From: an uncultured bacterium
GTDB taxonomy: Bacteria > Desulfobacterota_D > UBA1144 > Nemesobacterales > UBA2774
DNA length: 64,000 nt
Assembly: GCA_963825135.1 (NCBI GenBank)
Contig: CAWGRW010000009.1
Location: 1,376,001 to 1,440,000, forward strand
Reading direction: 5' to 3'
The notes below the pieces were generated by a model. It saw nothing but the letters and a program-made list of their open reading frames with translations, did no database searches and was not told the DNA's origin. The position numbers were made by a program, and so were the translations under genes. This document shows, piece after piece, positions 20,146 through 29,185 of the stretch (positions within the stretch are counted from its first letter, which is position 1; each line of letters starts with the position of its first letter).

Positions 20146-21081
20146 ATGATTTCGGGGAACAAAATCGTCGTGAAGAAGCCGAAAGTCATAGTCGTTTACA
20201 ATCCTATGTGGCACGATCCCCTGGTTTATCCGGAGAATGAGCTGCCGGAGGGTCATGTCATTACTATGGAGAGGCGTTTCATGGACGAGGCCGCGGCGGT
20301 CGTATTCCATCTGCCTACGCTCCCGCCCGGCCTGTTTACGGGAGGAGAAATTGAGAAAAAGAGCGGACAGGTTTGGGTCGCCTGGTATATGGAATGCGAG
20401 GCTCATTACCCTCAACTGGACGATCCCGTCTTTATGAGCCGCTTCGACCTGACTATGTCGCATCGTCAGGAGGCGGATATTTTTTCCCCGTATCTTCCGC
20501 CTGACTTCGGGGAGCTTTCACGCAGGCCGGTCCCGGAAAAGGAGCCCGGGAAAATCTTAAACGCCTTCATCTCGAGCCATATTAATAAAAGCGGGAGGGT
20601 GCAGTACCTGATCAGAATGATGCGGGTGCTCGATATCCATTCGTACGGGAAGATCATTCCGAACATGCCGGCCGGCGACGATTACGGACACCGGTTCAAA
20701 CTGGATACGATTTCGCGCTACCAATTTACTATAGCCTTTGAGAACGCTATAGCGCGGGACTACGTGACGGAAAAATTCTACGACCCGCTGATCGCTGGTT
20801 CCGTGCCAGTTTATCTGGGCGCTCCCAACATCCGCGACTTCGCCCCCGGCGAGAACTGCTTTATCGACGCCTCGGAATGGGAGGACCCGGAGTCCCTTGC
20901 CCGGCACATTCTCGACGTGTCCGGGGACGAAGCGTCATACCTGAGCTATTTTGAATGGAAGAAAAAGCCGTTCCCGCCGAAATTCGCACGCTTGATCGAG
21001 ATTAAAAAGGTGCATCCCTTCGTCAGGCTCTGCCGCAGGATCGATGAGATGATGGGGTCTCGGGGCATTCGCGGGCAATAG
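20146..21081 (+). CDS. Glycosyltransferase family 10 (alpha-1,3-fucosyltransferase-like)
   Basis: YQFTIAFENAIARDYVTEKFYDPLIAGSVPVYLGAPNI is the GT10 motif. Confidence 0.88.
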   Translation: MISGNKIVVKKPKVIVVYNPMWHDPLVYPENELPEGHVITMERRFMDEAAAVVFHLPTLPPGLFTGGEIEKKSGQVWVAWYMECEAHYPQLDDPVFMSRFDLTMSHRQEADIFSPYLPPDFGELSRRPVPEKEPGKILNAFISSHINKSGRVQYLIRMMRVLDIHSYGKIIPNMPAGDDYGHRFKLDTISRYQFTIAFENAIARDYVTEKFYDPLIAGSVPVYLGAPNIRDFAPGENCFIDASEWEDPESLARHILDVSGDEASYLSYFEWKKKPFPPKFARLIEIKKVHPFVRLCRRIDEMMGSRGIRGQ

Positions 21082-21134
21082 GCCGGGCGGAGCGGATTAT
21101 ATAACTATTACAACAAAATAGCCCCTTCCAAATC

Positions 21135-21163
21135 TTGACAGCCATTATTTTATGTAAGAGAAT
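21135..21163 (+). promoter_or_regulatory. sigma70 promoter for tRNA-Val/thrS
   Basis: TTGACA-17 nt-GAGAAT, 20 nt before the tRNA. Confidence 0.6.
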
Positions 21164-21183
21164 TAAGGGTTCTTGTAACTTTA

Positions 21184-21258
21184 GAGCGCGTAGCTCAGGG
21201 GGAGAGCGCTTGCCTGACACGCAAGAGGTCGCAGGTTCAAATCCTGCCGTGCTCACCA
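21184..21258 (+). tRNA. tRNA-Val(GAC)
   Basis: Acceptor GAGCGCG/CGTGCTC, anticodon loop CTGACAC, GCAGG-TTCAAAT-CCTGC, ACCA end. Confidence 0.95.
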
Positions 21259-21274
21259 CATTTAACCGGAGATT

Positions 21275-23209
21275 ATGAAAGAAGTACAAATAAACCTTCC
21301 CGACGGTGCGGTAAGAACCTTTCCCGCGGGCACTACCGTGGGGGAGATCGTCAATACTATCGGGATACAGAACGGGACCGTGGGCGCCGTGGTCAACGGC
21401 GCGCTGGTGGATTTCTGGTTCGAGATCGATTCCGACTCAACGCTTGAGCCCGTAAGGACGGGCTCCGTGGAGGGCCTCGCGCTCATAAGACACACGGCCG
21501 CTCATATCATGGCCGAAGCGGTCCAGTCCCTCTTCCCCGACGCGAAGGTCACGATAGGCCCCGTCATAGAAAACGGTTTTTACTACGACTTCGATTACCC
21601 GCGCGGATTTACTCCCGAAGACCTCGAAAAAATAGAGGAAAAGATGCGGGAGATAACGGAGCAGAAAAAGCCGCTCGTCAGGAAAAAAGTATCGAGAGAA
21701 AACGCAGTCGATATCTTCAGCTCGGAAGGCGAGAATTACAAGGTCGAAATAATAAACGGCCTCCCTCCCGATCAGCAGATAACCATCTACGAGCAGGGCG
21801 GCTGGCACGACCTCTGCAGGGGGCCGCACGCCCCCTCGACGGGTTTCGTTAAGGCGTTCAAGCTCTTGAGCATCGCCGGGGCCTACTGGAGGGGAGACGA
21901 GAAGAACCCGATGCTCCAGAGGATTTACGGCACCGCGTTCTGGGACAGAAAAGAGCTGAAGGAGTATCTGGACAGACTCGAGGAAGCGAAAAAGCGCGAC
22001 CACAGAAAGGTCGGCAGGGAGCTCGACCTCTTTTCCATACAGGAAGAAACAGGGGCCGGGCTCGTGCTATGGCATCCGAAGGGCTCGCGTATAAGGCGAG
22101 TGATCGAGGACTTCTGGCGCGCGGAGCACGAGCGTTACGACTACGAGCTCCTCTATACCCCGCACATAGCCAAGATAGACCTCTGGAAAACGAGCGGCCA
22201 CCTGGAATTCTACAGCGAAAACATGTACCCCCGTATGGAGGTCGAGAATACCGAATTCCAGATAAAGCCCATGAACTGCCCCTTCCATATAATGATATAT
22301 AAAACGGGCATAAGGAGTTACAGGGACCTGCCCTTGAGATGGGCCGAGATAGGGACGGTCTACCGCTACGAGCGCTCGGGCGTGCTCCACGGTCTTCTCA
22401 GGGTAAGGGGGTTCTCACAGGACGACGCCCACATATTCTGCAGGCCCGACCAGATGGAGGACGAGGTCCTGGGGGTACTCGACCTGACTATCATGTTCTT
22501 GAAGACGTTCGGCTTCGACGAATATGAGATATATTTATCGACCAGGCCCGAGAAGTTCGTCGGGCGCGTCGAGGTATGGGACAGGGCCACGGAAGCGCTC
22601 AGGACCGCTCTCGATAAAAAAGGGCTTAAATACGAGGTTGACGAAGGCGGGGGGGCGTTCTACGGCCCCAAGATAGACCTAAAGATAAAGGACGTTTTAG
22701 GCAGAGCTTGGCAGTGCTCTACAGTTCAGGTAGATTTTAACCTTCCCGAAAGGTTCGATATGAGCTATGTCGGGGAAGATAACGCGCGTCATCAGCCCAT
22801 TATGATACACCGCGCTATCTTCGGGTCTATGGAAAGATTTTTCGGTGTGTTGATAGAGCATTACGGGGGGGCGTTTCCCCTCTGGCTCAGCCCCGTGCAG
22901 GTGCGCATAGCTACAGTAGGGGACGAGCAGGGCCCTTACGCGGACGGGCTTTATAAGCGGTTGAGAGCTCAGAAGATAAGGGTCGAGAAAGATACGAGAA
23001 ACGAAAAGCTCGGATTGAAGGTAAGGGAGGCTCAGCTTGCGAAGATCCCTTATCTCCTTGTGGTCGGAAAGAATGAAGCGGAATCGGGGACTGTGGCTCC
23101 CAGGAAGCTGGGCGGCGAGAATCTGCCTCCGATGACGATGGACGAGTTCCTGAGCCGCATAGAAATCGAGCGTGATCCTCAAACATGGAGGGAGGTTAAA
23201 CGGCAATAG
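21275..23209 (+). CDS. thrS: Threonine--tRNA ligase
   Basis: RHTAAH, DLCRGPH, RDHRK, KPMNCP, AFYGPK, HRAIFGSMERF. Confidence 0.98.
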   Translation: MKEVQINLPDGAVRTFPAGTTVGEIVNTIGIQNGTVGAVVNGALVDFWFEIDSDSTLEPVRTGSVEGLALIRHTAAHIMAEAVQSLFPDAKVTIGPVIENGFYYDFDYPRGFTPEDLEKIEEKMREITEQKKPLVRKKVSRENAVDIFSSEGENYKVEIINGLPPDQQITIYEQGGWHDLCRGPHAPSTGFVKAFKLLSIAGAYWRGDEKNPMLQRIYGTAFWDRKELKEYLDRLEEAKKRDHRKVGRELDLFSIQEETGAGLVLWHPKGSRIRRVIEDFWRAEHERYDYELLYTPHIAKIDLWKTSGHLEFYSENMYPRMEVENTEFQIKPMNCPFHIMIYKTGIRSYRDLPLRWAEIGTVYRYERSGVLHGLLRVRGFSQDDAHIFCRPDQMEDEVLGVLDLTIMFLKTFGFDEYEIYLSTRPEKFVGRVEVWDRATEALRTALDKKGLKYEVDEGGGAFYGPKIDLKIKDVLGRAWQCSTVQVDFNLPERFDMSYVGEDNARHQPIMIHRAIFGSMERFFGVLIEHYGGAFPLWLSPVQVRIATVGDEQGPYADGLYKRLRAQKIRVEKDTRNEKLGLKVREAQLAKIPYLLVVGKNEAESGTVAPRKLGGENLPPMTMDEFLSRIEIERDPQTWREVKRQ

Positions 23210-23769
23210 CTAAGGGAATTAGAACCAAAGAAGCAGAAATACGGATTAATCAGAGGATAAAGGCGCGGGAAGTGAGGCTGGTTTCCGATACGGGGGAACA
23301 GCTTGGTGTGGTTCCGATACGGGATGCCCTCGTTATGTCCGAGGAAAGGGGCGTCGACCTGGTCGAGGTCGCGCCAAACGCGAACCCTCCCGTATGCAGG
23401 TTGATGGATTACGGAAAATATAAATACGAATTAAAAAAACAGGCGAACGCAAAAAGACAGAAGACTCAGACTATAAAAGAGTTAAAATTTCGCCCCAATA
23501 TAGGCGATCACGACCTCGATGTTAAAATAAACCGCATCAGGGAGTTTTTGGAAGACGAAAATAAAACGAAAATAAGGATATTTTTCAGGGGCAGGGAAAT
23601 AGTGCATCCGGAGCTGGGCAGGGTGCTCGCAAACAGGATTATTGAAAGGGTGGCCGATATCGGCGGTGTGGATATGCCTCCGAGGCTCGAAGGGAAAAAT
23701 CTCATAATGGTCATATCGCCCAAGAAAAGTCCGCAGGGCGGGAGGGAAAATGCCAAAACAGAAAGTTAA
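23206..23769 (+). CDS. infC: Translation initiation factor IF-3, AUA start
   Basis: DLVEVAP, PPVCRLMDYGK, FRGRE. In-frame ATA at 23206 (IAKGIRTKEAEIRINQRI) after GGAGG. Confidence 0.95.
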   Translation: MAKGIRTKEAEIRINQRIKAREVRLVSDTGEQLGVVPIRDALVMSEERGVDLVEVAPNANPPVCRLMDYGKYKYELKKQANAKRQKTQTIKELKFRPNIGDHDLDVKINRIREFLEDENKTKIRIFFRGREIVHPELGRVLANRIIERVADIGGVDMPPRLEGKNLIMVISPKKSPQGGRENAKTES

Positions 23770-23953
23770 AACGAACAGGGCCGCCGCAAAAAGGTTCAGG
23801 GTTACGGCGAGCGGGAAAATTAAGAGGCACAGCGGGGGGCACAGCCACTCGAATGAAAAAAAGGGAAGGAAGCGTATGCGGAGGCTGGTCTCGGCTTCTT
23901 ATGAAGCAGGCGGCGAGGCCCGCAGGATCAGGTCCTATATCCCATATAAGTAA
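23750..23953 (+). CDS. rpmI: 50S ribosomal protein L35
   Basis: KTNRAAAKRFRVTASGKIK; between infC and rplT. Confidence 0.93.
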   Translation: MPKQKVKTNRAAAKRFRVTASGKIKRHSGGHSHSNEKKGRKRMRRLVSASYEAGGEARRIRSYIPYK

Positions 23954-24024
23954 TAGTTTCGATAAATAGTCGGTTGTCGCAGGCGTCATTGTGTAAGTGA
24001 CGATTTAAAAGACGGGAGAGAACA

Positions 24025-24378
24025 ATGAGAATAAAAAGAGGGGTAGCCTCGAGAAAGAGAAGGAAGAGGGTTCTGAAGCTCGCTAAGGGGTTTTGGGGCA
24101 GAAGGAAGAATAATATAAGAAGGGCGAAAGAGACCGTCCTTCGCGCCATGGCGTATGCCTTCAGGCACAGAAAGCTTAAGAAGAGGGATTTCAGGAAGCT
24201 CTGGATCGTGAGGATAAACGCCGCGGTAAGGCCTTACGGTCTTTCCTATAGCGCCTTCATGGGTTCATTGAAGAAGGCCGGTATCGAGCTCGACAGGAAG
24301 ACACTATCGGAGATGGCGATTCGCGAGCCCGAGAGCTTCAAGGCCGTCGTCGACGCCGCGAAAACCGGATTGAATTAG
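24025..24378 (+). CDS. rplT: 50S ribosomal protein L20
   Basis: [31 protein letters not shown]. Confidence 0.97.
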   Translation: MRIKRGVASRKRRKRVLKLAKGFWGRRKNNIRRAKETVLRAMAYAFRHRKLKKRDFRKLWIVRINAAVRPYGLSYSAFMGSLKKAGIELDRKTLSEMAIREPESFKAVVDAAKTGLN

Positions 24379-24437
24379 CCGAAGAATTACTTGCCGCACC
24401 ATCTCACTATAAAATAGCCCAATCACGGGACCCGCAT

Positions 24438-25097
24438 TCACACCGAATGCGGGTCGTATTCGAGCGGACACCCCGAGCATACCGGGTCACGTTTCTTACA
24501 ATGCTCCTTCGCCAGCCTCACTAAAAGCGCGTGATATTCGTTGAACATGCCAGCGTCTTCTTGAAGTGAATCGGTAAAAATCTCCTGAATTTCGCCGTAC
24601 GAAATCACTTCCGGTACGAGTCCGTGCCTATAGAGCACCCTCCACGTATATGCGTCCACGACGAACACAGGCATCCCTCCCGCGTAGAGCATGATGCTGT
24701 CCGCGGTCTCGGGGCCTATGCCCTTCAGCGACAGGAGTTTTTCTCTAAGAATTGATTTGTCCAGCGAGAACATATTATCGATGCTTCCCGAGAATTCATC
24801 CACAAGGAACGATATAAAGTTCTTTATTTTGATCGCCTTCTGATTGAAGTACCCGGAGGGGCGTATGAGCGGGGCGAGCTCGTCCGAGGTTATGGAGTCG
24901 AGCGCCTCTATCGATACGAGGTTTTCCCGCTTGAGGCTGTCAAGCGCTTTCACGACGTTCTTCCACGACGTGTTCTGCGTCAGTATCGCCCCCAGGATGC
25001 ATTCGAGCGCCGTTCCCGCGGGCCACCACCCTTGGGGGCCGAACCTTCTATGGAGCTCTTCGTAGAATTTCTTTATCCGGGCGCTCTTCGTCGTCAT
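24438..25097 (-). CDS. Endonuclease III-like HhH-GPD DNA glycosylase
   Basis: GAILTQNTSWKNV, GIGPETADS, FVVDAY, C-terminal CKKRDPVCSGCP. Confidence 0.88.
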   Translation of the reverse strand: MTTKSARIKKFYEELHRRFGPQGWWPAGTALECILGAILTQNTSWKNVVKALDSLKRENLVSIEALDSITSDELAPLIRPSGYFNQKAIKIKNFISFLVDEFSGSIDNMFSLDKSILREKLLSLKGIGPETADSIMLYAGGMPVFVVDAYTWRVLYRHGLVPEVISYGEIQEIFTDSLQEDAGMFNEYHALLVRLAKEHCKKRDPVCSGCPLEYDPHSV

Positions 25098-25156
25098 GAT
25101 CTAATAGCGTATCTGACAGAGAGATAATATACCGGGGGGCGGTTGCAATCAGGGAT

Positions 25157-26008
25157 TTACTTTGTAATGGGGTTGTTCGGGGCTTTCTGTGCTTTCTCGT
25201 AATACGGCAGGGCTTCTGGCAGCCATTTCTTGAGGTTATTTATCCTCGTCCCGTAGCCCGGGTGTGTCGAGAGGAATTCAGGGGGTTGCGGCTTCCCCTT
25301 CACGGCCGCGTCCATCCTCTCCCAGAACGCTATGGCCTCCCTCGGGTCATACCCTGCCTCCGCCATGTAAACGAGCCCTATGTGGTCGGCTTCCGCCTCC
25401 TGTGTCCTGCTGAAGGGCAGTATGCCCCCGACCGTGACCCCGATGCCGTATGCCTGCATGACGGCGTCCGCCAACAAGGGGTCGCTCCCTCCTAGCGCCG
25501 CGCTCACGCCTACGGCGCCTATCTGGGCGAGCACGTCCGTGGACATACGCTCCCCTCCGTGGCGGGCCGCGACGTGCGCCACTTCATGGGCCATCACCGT
25601 CGCCAGGCCCGCGTCGTTGAGCGCCACGGGCAGTATGCCGGTATATACCCCCACCTTCCCCCCGGGCAGCGCGAAGGCGTTTATCTGCTCGTCGTCTTTC
25701 AACACCTTGAAGTCCCAGTTGTACTTAGGCGTGTCGGCCACCCCCACGATCCTCGTGCCCACTCTGGTAACGGCCTCGTTATACTGCGCGTTCTTCGATA
25801 CCTGCTCGGTCTTGAGCACGTCCTGAAAGGCCGCCAAGCCCATCTGGTTTTCTTCCGACTGGGAGAGGAGAATGAATTGAGACCTTCCCGTAACGGGAGC
25901 TTTGTAGCACGCGATAACGACTGCGCCCGATATGATCAATGCGAGCGCGATTAAGACCGATTTGAATAATCGGGCCTTCGTAATATTTCCGCGGGAGAAT
26001 TTCATCAT
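25157..26008 (-). CDS. M48 family Zn metallopeptidase lipoprotein
   Basis: Lipobox IAC, NAFALPGG, HEVAH, SRTQEAEAD, LSTHP. Confidence 0.9.
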   Translation of the reverse strand: MMKFSRGNITKARLFKSVLIALALIISGAVVIACYKAPVTGRSQFILLSQSEENQMGLAAFQDVLKTEQVSKNAQYNEAVTRVGTRIVGVADTPKYNWDFKVLKDDEQINAFALPGGKVGVYTGILPVALNDAGLATVMAHEVAHVAARHGGERMSTDVLAQIGAVGVSAALGGSDPLLADAVMQAYGIGVTVGGILPFSRTQEAEADHIGLVYMAEAGYDPREAIAFWERMDAAVKGKPQPPEFLSTHPGYGTRINNLKKWLPEALPYYEKAQKAPNNPITK

Positions 26009-26162
26009 TTATCTAGTTTTATCAATACGGCGGCAATTTGCAATAATATTTTGATATCGGAGCGAACCGGAATAAAGGCGGAGACAAACTTCTATCCCCC
26101 GCGCCCGTAAGCGTTAGCACAGCGGGAGATAAAAGCCTGTCTCCGGTATTTCTATGACATGC

Positions 26163-27341
26163 TTATTTTTTAAGGTTGGCTGATTTTATCCTTCTGATGC
26201 CTTCGTCTATGTCCTCGTCCGCGCACGCGTAGGTGATCCTCACGTACCCTTCCCCCTGGCTCCCGAACGCCGTGCCCGCTACTACCGCCACGCCGGCCGT
26301 CTCGACGAGCCTGTCCGTGAATTCCTGCGAGGTCAATCCCGTTCCCGTAATATCCGGAAACGCGTAGAACGCTCCGTCGGGCGTGTCGCACTGTATTCCG
26401 GGTATTGAGTTTAGCCCCGCGACCATCCTGTCTCGCTTCTTCTTGAGGAGCTCCCTCTTCTCGATAGTCCAGTCCTGCGGACCCGCCATCGCCGCGTATG
26501 CGGCCTTCTGAATGAAGGCGGCGACGTTCGTGATCGAGTCCTGGAGGAATATCGACAGCTTGTCGATGACCGGCACCGGAGCGACTGCCCAGCCTATCCT
26601 CCAGCCTGTCATGGCGTACGTCTTGGAGAAAGTATCGATAACGATCGTCCTCTCGGCCATTCCGGGCACGGCGGATATCGTTTTATGCGGCTTGTCGTAC
26701 GTCACGTGAGAGAATATCTCGTCCGATATGACCATCAGGTTCGGGTACTTGAAGCAGAGCTCGGCGATCTCCTCCGGGTTCTCCACGAGGTGTCCGTTCG
26801 GTCTCTGCGGAGTGTTAATAATAAGGAGCTTCGTTTTCGGCGTGATCATGGCCTCGAGCTTTTCCATGTCGAACTGCCAGTCCGGTTTGGTAAGCGGGGT
26901 ATGGTTGATTCTCGCCCTTACGTATTTAGCCCACACTTCGTCGGGCGGATATCCGGGGTTCGGGAAAATCACCTCGTCCCCCTCTTCCAGGAACGTGAGG
27001 AGCGACATGGTGAGAGCGTGCTTGGCGCCGGCGGTTACGATAACTTCTTCCGGTTTTGTCTTTCTCCCCTCCCGGGTCATCTCTGCGGCTATGGCTTCCC
27101 TTAGCTCCGGAAGGCCGGGTCCCGGGTCATACCTGACGTAACCGTCCTTGAGCGCCTGTACGGTAGCTTCCAGAACGTGATCCGGCGTATAGAAATCCGG
27201 ACCCTGATAGTCCCCCTTTTCAAAATGTATAATCTTCTGCCCGGTCTTTTTCTCCAGCTCCCGGGCGACCCTCATGCTGGCCCATTGCTTCGGCGGAACA
27301 AAATGGCTGATCTTTGAGCTGAAAGGATATGAGACTGCCAT
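26163..27341 (-). CDS. PLP-dependent aminotransferase class I/II
   Basis: GLPELREAIA, ISDEI, SKTYAMTGWRIG, GAFYAF. Confidence 0.9.
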   Translation of the reverse strand: MAVSYPFSSKISHFVPPKQWASMRVARELEKKTGQKIIHFEKGDYQGPDFYTPDHVLEATVQALKDGYVRYDPGPGLPELREAIAAEMTREGRKTKPEEVIVTAGAKHALTMSLLTFLEEGDEVIFPNPGYPPDEVWAKYVRARINHTPLTKPDWQFDMEKLEAMITPKTKLLIINTPQRPNGHLVENPEEIAELCFKYPNLMVISDEIFSHVTYDKPHKTISAVPGMAERTIVIDTFSKTYAMTGWRIGWAVAPVPVIDKLSIFLQDSITNVAAFIQKAAYAAMAGPQDWTIEKRELLKKKRDRMVAGLNSIPGIQCDTPDGAFYAFPDITGTGLTSQEFTDRLVETAGVAVVAGTAFGSQGEGYVRITYACADEDIDEGIRRIKSANLKK

Positions 27342-27385
27342 TTGTAATACCTCCTTGTTGATGAATGATTTGTGAATGCTTACTT

Positions 27386-28039
27386 CTACATCCTCGCAGC
27401 TCGGGTCTTTTCATATTGGGGGACCAGGATTCCCCCGGAAATCATAGAAAACACCTCTTCCGCGATACTTTCTGCGCTTTTTTCGGCTTTGTAATAAAAC
27501 ATTACGGACCTGACGAGCCCGAAGATAATGAGGGACGTAAGCTCCGTATTGGAGGGTCTGAAAGACCCCTCGGTTATTCCCTTCTCCAGAATTTTTTGAT
27601 ATAGCCTTATCCTTCTCAGTCGCCAGTGCTCGGTAAATTCGTAGTGCTCCCTTATGAGGTGCGTCTCGTCCCTGCTCAGGATACGGAGCACGTCCAGGTT
27701 CTGGAGGTAGAATTTAAAGATCAGCCCCAGGACCTTTTTTAGCTTCACGGGGGCAGGGTCGCTCTTGGCGGTTTCCTTCTCGAGTATCGACTCGATTTCC
27801 TCGTAAGTATCTTCCATTATTTCAAGATATAGCTTTTCTTTGGAGTCGAAATAGAGGTATATCGTCCCTTTGGCGACCCCCACCTTTTCCGCGATATCGT
27901 CCATGGTGACGTCGTGGTAGCTCTTCTGTGAAAAGAGCTTGGCGGCGGCTTTGATGATTTCGTCCTTACGCCCGCCCTTAGGCATCTGGCCGGCAGGCGC
28001 GCGCGGGTGCTCTCTTATCGATTTACGTGTTTTAGCCAT
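27386..28039 (-). CDS. TetR/AcrR family transcriptional regulator
   Basis: TMDDIAEKVGVAKGTIYLYFDSKE HTH. Confidence 0.92.
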   Translation of the reverse strand: MAKTRKSIREHPRAPAGQMPKGGRKDEIIKAAAKLFSQKSYHDVTMDDIAEKVGVAKGTIYLYFDSKEKLYLEIMEDTYEEIESILEKETAKSDPAPVKLKKVLGLIFKFYLQNLDVLRILSRDETHLIREHYEFTEHWRLRRIRLYQKILEKGITEGSFRPSNTELTSLIIFGLVRSVMFYYKAEKSAESIAEEVFSMISGGILVPQYEKTRAARM

Positions 28040-28063
28040 GTTTAACCCATCACCATGTGTTGA

Positions 28064-28113
28064 ACTGACTAGTCAGTCATTGAGATATTAGTATATCTCA
28101 AATTTTTTGTCAA
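28064..28113 (-). promoter_or_regulatory. TetR promoter with two palindromic operators
   Basis: Minus strand TTGACA (28113-28108), 17 nt, TAATAT. Palindromes ACTGACTAGTCAGT (28064-28077) and TTGAGATAT-N4-ATATCTCAA (28080-28101). Confidence 0.7.
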
Positions 28114-28332
28114 GTAGTTTTTTTCGCGGGATTTGACAATTGCTCCGGTATCGCAAACAGGGGATTTTAGTGCTCTTTCGGTCTCATTCCGGACTCCTTC
28201 CGGTCCCCCCCCGGGCTTAAACGGGGCGACGGGGCCCCGGCTCCTCCGCGAATGATGCAGTTTGTGCTATAATTTTGGCTTTTTGAAAACCGTGATGATA
28301 GAATAATCACTCAAAAAAGAACGGAGGATTTC

Positions 28333-28914
28333 ATGAGGGCTTCGAATCTGCTTTTAATACTGTTGCTTACTGTTACCTTGACATACGTCGGGTGTAAAAG
28401 ATCCGGGAATGAATCCGATACTGCCGATAAAGCTGCAACGACGGAGCGGGCCGACAACGTAGGGGAGAAGGTCGAGGATGATGTAAAAGACGCGGTCGAA
28501 AAGAGTGAAGAAATGCATGCGGCTCAGGTGGCTGAGCTCAACAAGAAAGCCCCGTCCGAGATAGCGACCGAGCTCTGGAACCTGATCCAGACCGAAGAAT
28601 ATCAGCAATGGAAAGAAGTGCCGAGTCACGGTTTGATTACGAGCAACGGCGGTAAAACTAAAACGAATCTGAAGACCTATGCCAACGATCTCGCCTATCA
28701 GGCTATGCAGACAAAGGCCAGGTCTCTCCCCCCGGGCTCGATTATGGTCAAGGAAAGATACGACGATCATGACCAGCTTCAAGCGATATCGGCGATGATA
28801 AACCTGGGCGGGAACGATCCCAAGGATATCAACTGGTTCTGGGCCCAATATTCTCCTGACGGGAAACCCCTGAAAATGGGTCAAACCGGAAAAGGGGTCA
28901 AATCCTCTCAGTAA
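28333..28914 (+). CDS. Lipoprotein with cytochrome P460-like domain lacking CxxCH
   Basis: Lipobox VGC; YAND..LPPGSIMVKE..NWFWAQYSPDGK pattern. GGAGG upstream. Confidence 0.6.
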   Translation: MRASNLLLILLLTVTLTYVGCKRSGNESDTADKAATTERADNVGEKVEDDVKDAVEKSEEMHAAQVAELNKKAPSEIATELWNLIQTEEYQQWKEVPSHGLITSNGGKTKTNLKTYANDLAYQAMQTKARSLPPGSIMVKERYDDHDQLQAISAMINLGGNDPKDINWFWAQYSPDGKPLKMGQTGKGVKSSQ

Positions 28915-29185
28915 AGTCATAAATACATTCGCGAAGTGGGCCTTGCTTGTTACAGCGTGCCGCCTGTTTAGCGGGCTTGGCGCGGAGAGGGTCTCTGACG
29001 CAATCCTTCCGGAACGAAGCCCGGTCGTTGTGCATATTATGAGGGAATTATTCATCGTCTCGGGCTTGCATTTCGTATGAATAATTCCCCCTCCGGGACT
29101 GAGAATGCGGCCAGCTCGCTCAGGTATACTAAGATTGCCGTTGACCGGCTTTTTACGGATATTCTGGTCCCGTTAGCCTGACCCG

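Noticed and set aside
19850..21275. Integrative element at the tRNA genes
   Set aside because: No integrase and no duplicated tRNA 3' end seen; the GT10 gene lies on the 5' side of both tRNAs.
24379..24437. pheST absent after rplT
   Set aside because: A common operon rearrangement; uninformative without the rest of the genome.
28354..29055. 233-aa minus-strand ORF and similar long antisense ORFs (e.g. 5985-6932, 2894-3610)
   Set aside because: Shadows of well-supported genes on the opposite strand, with no recognisable motifs.
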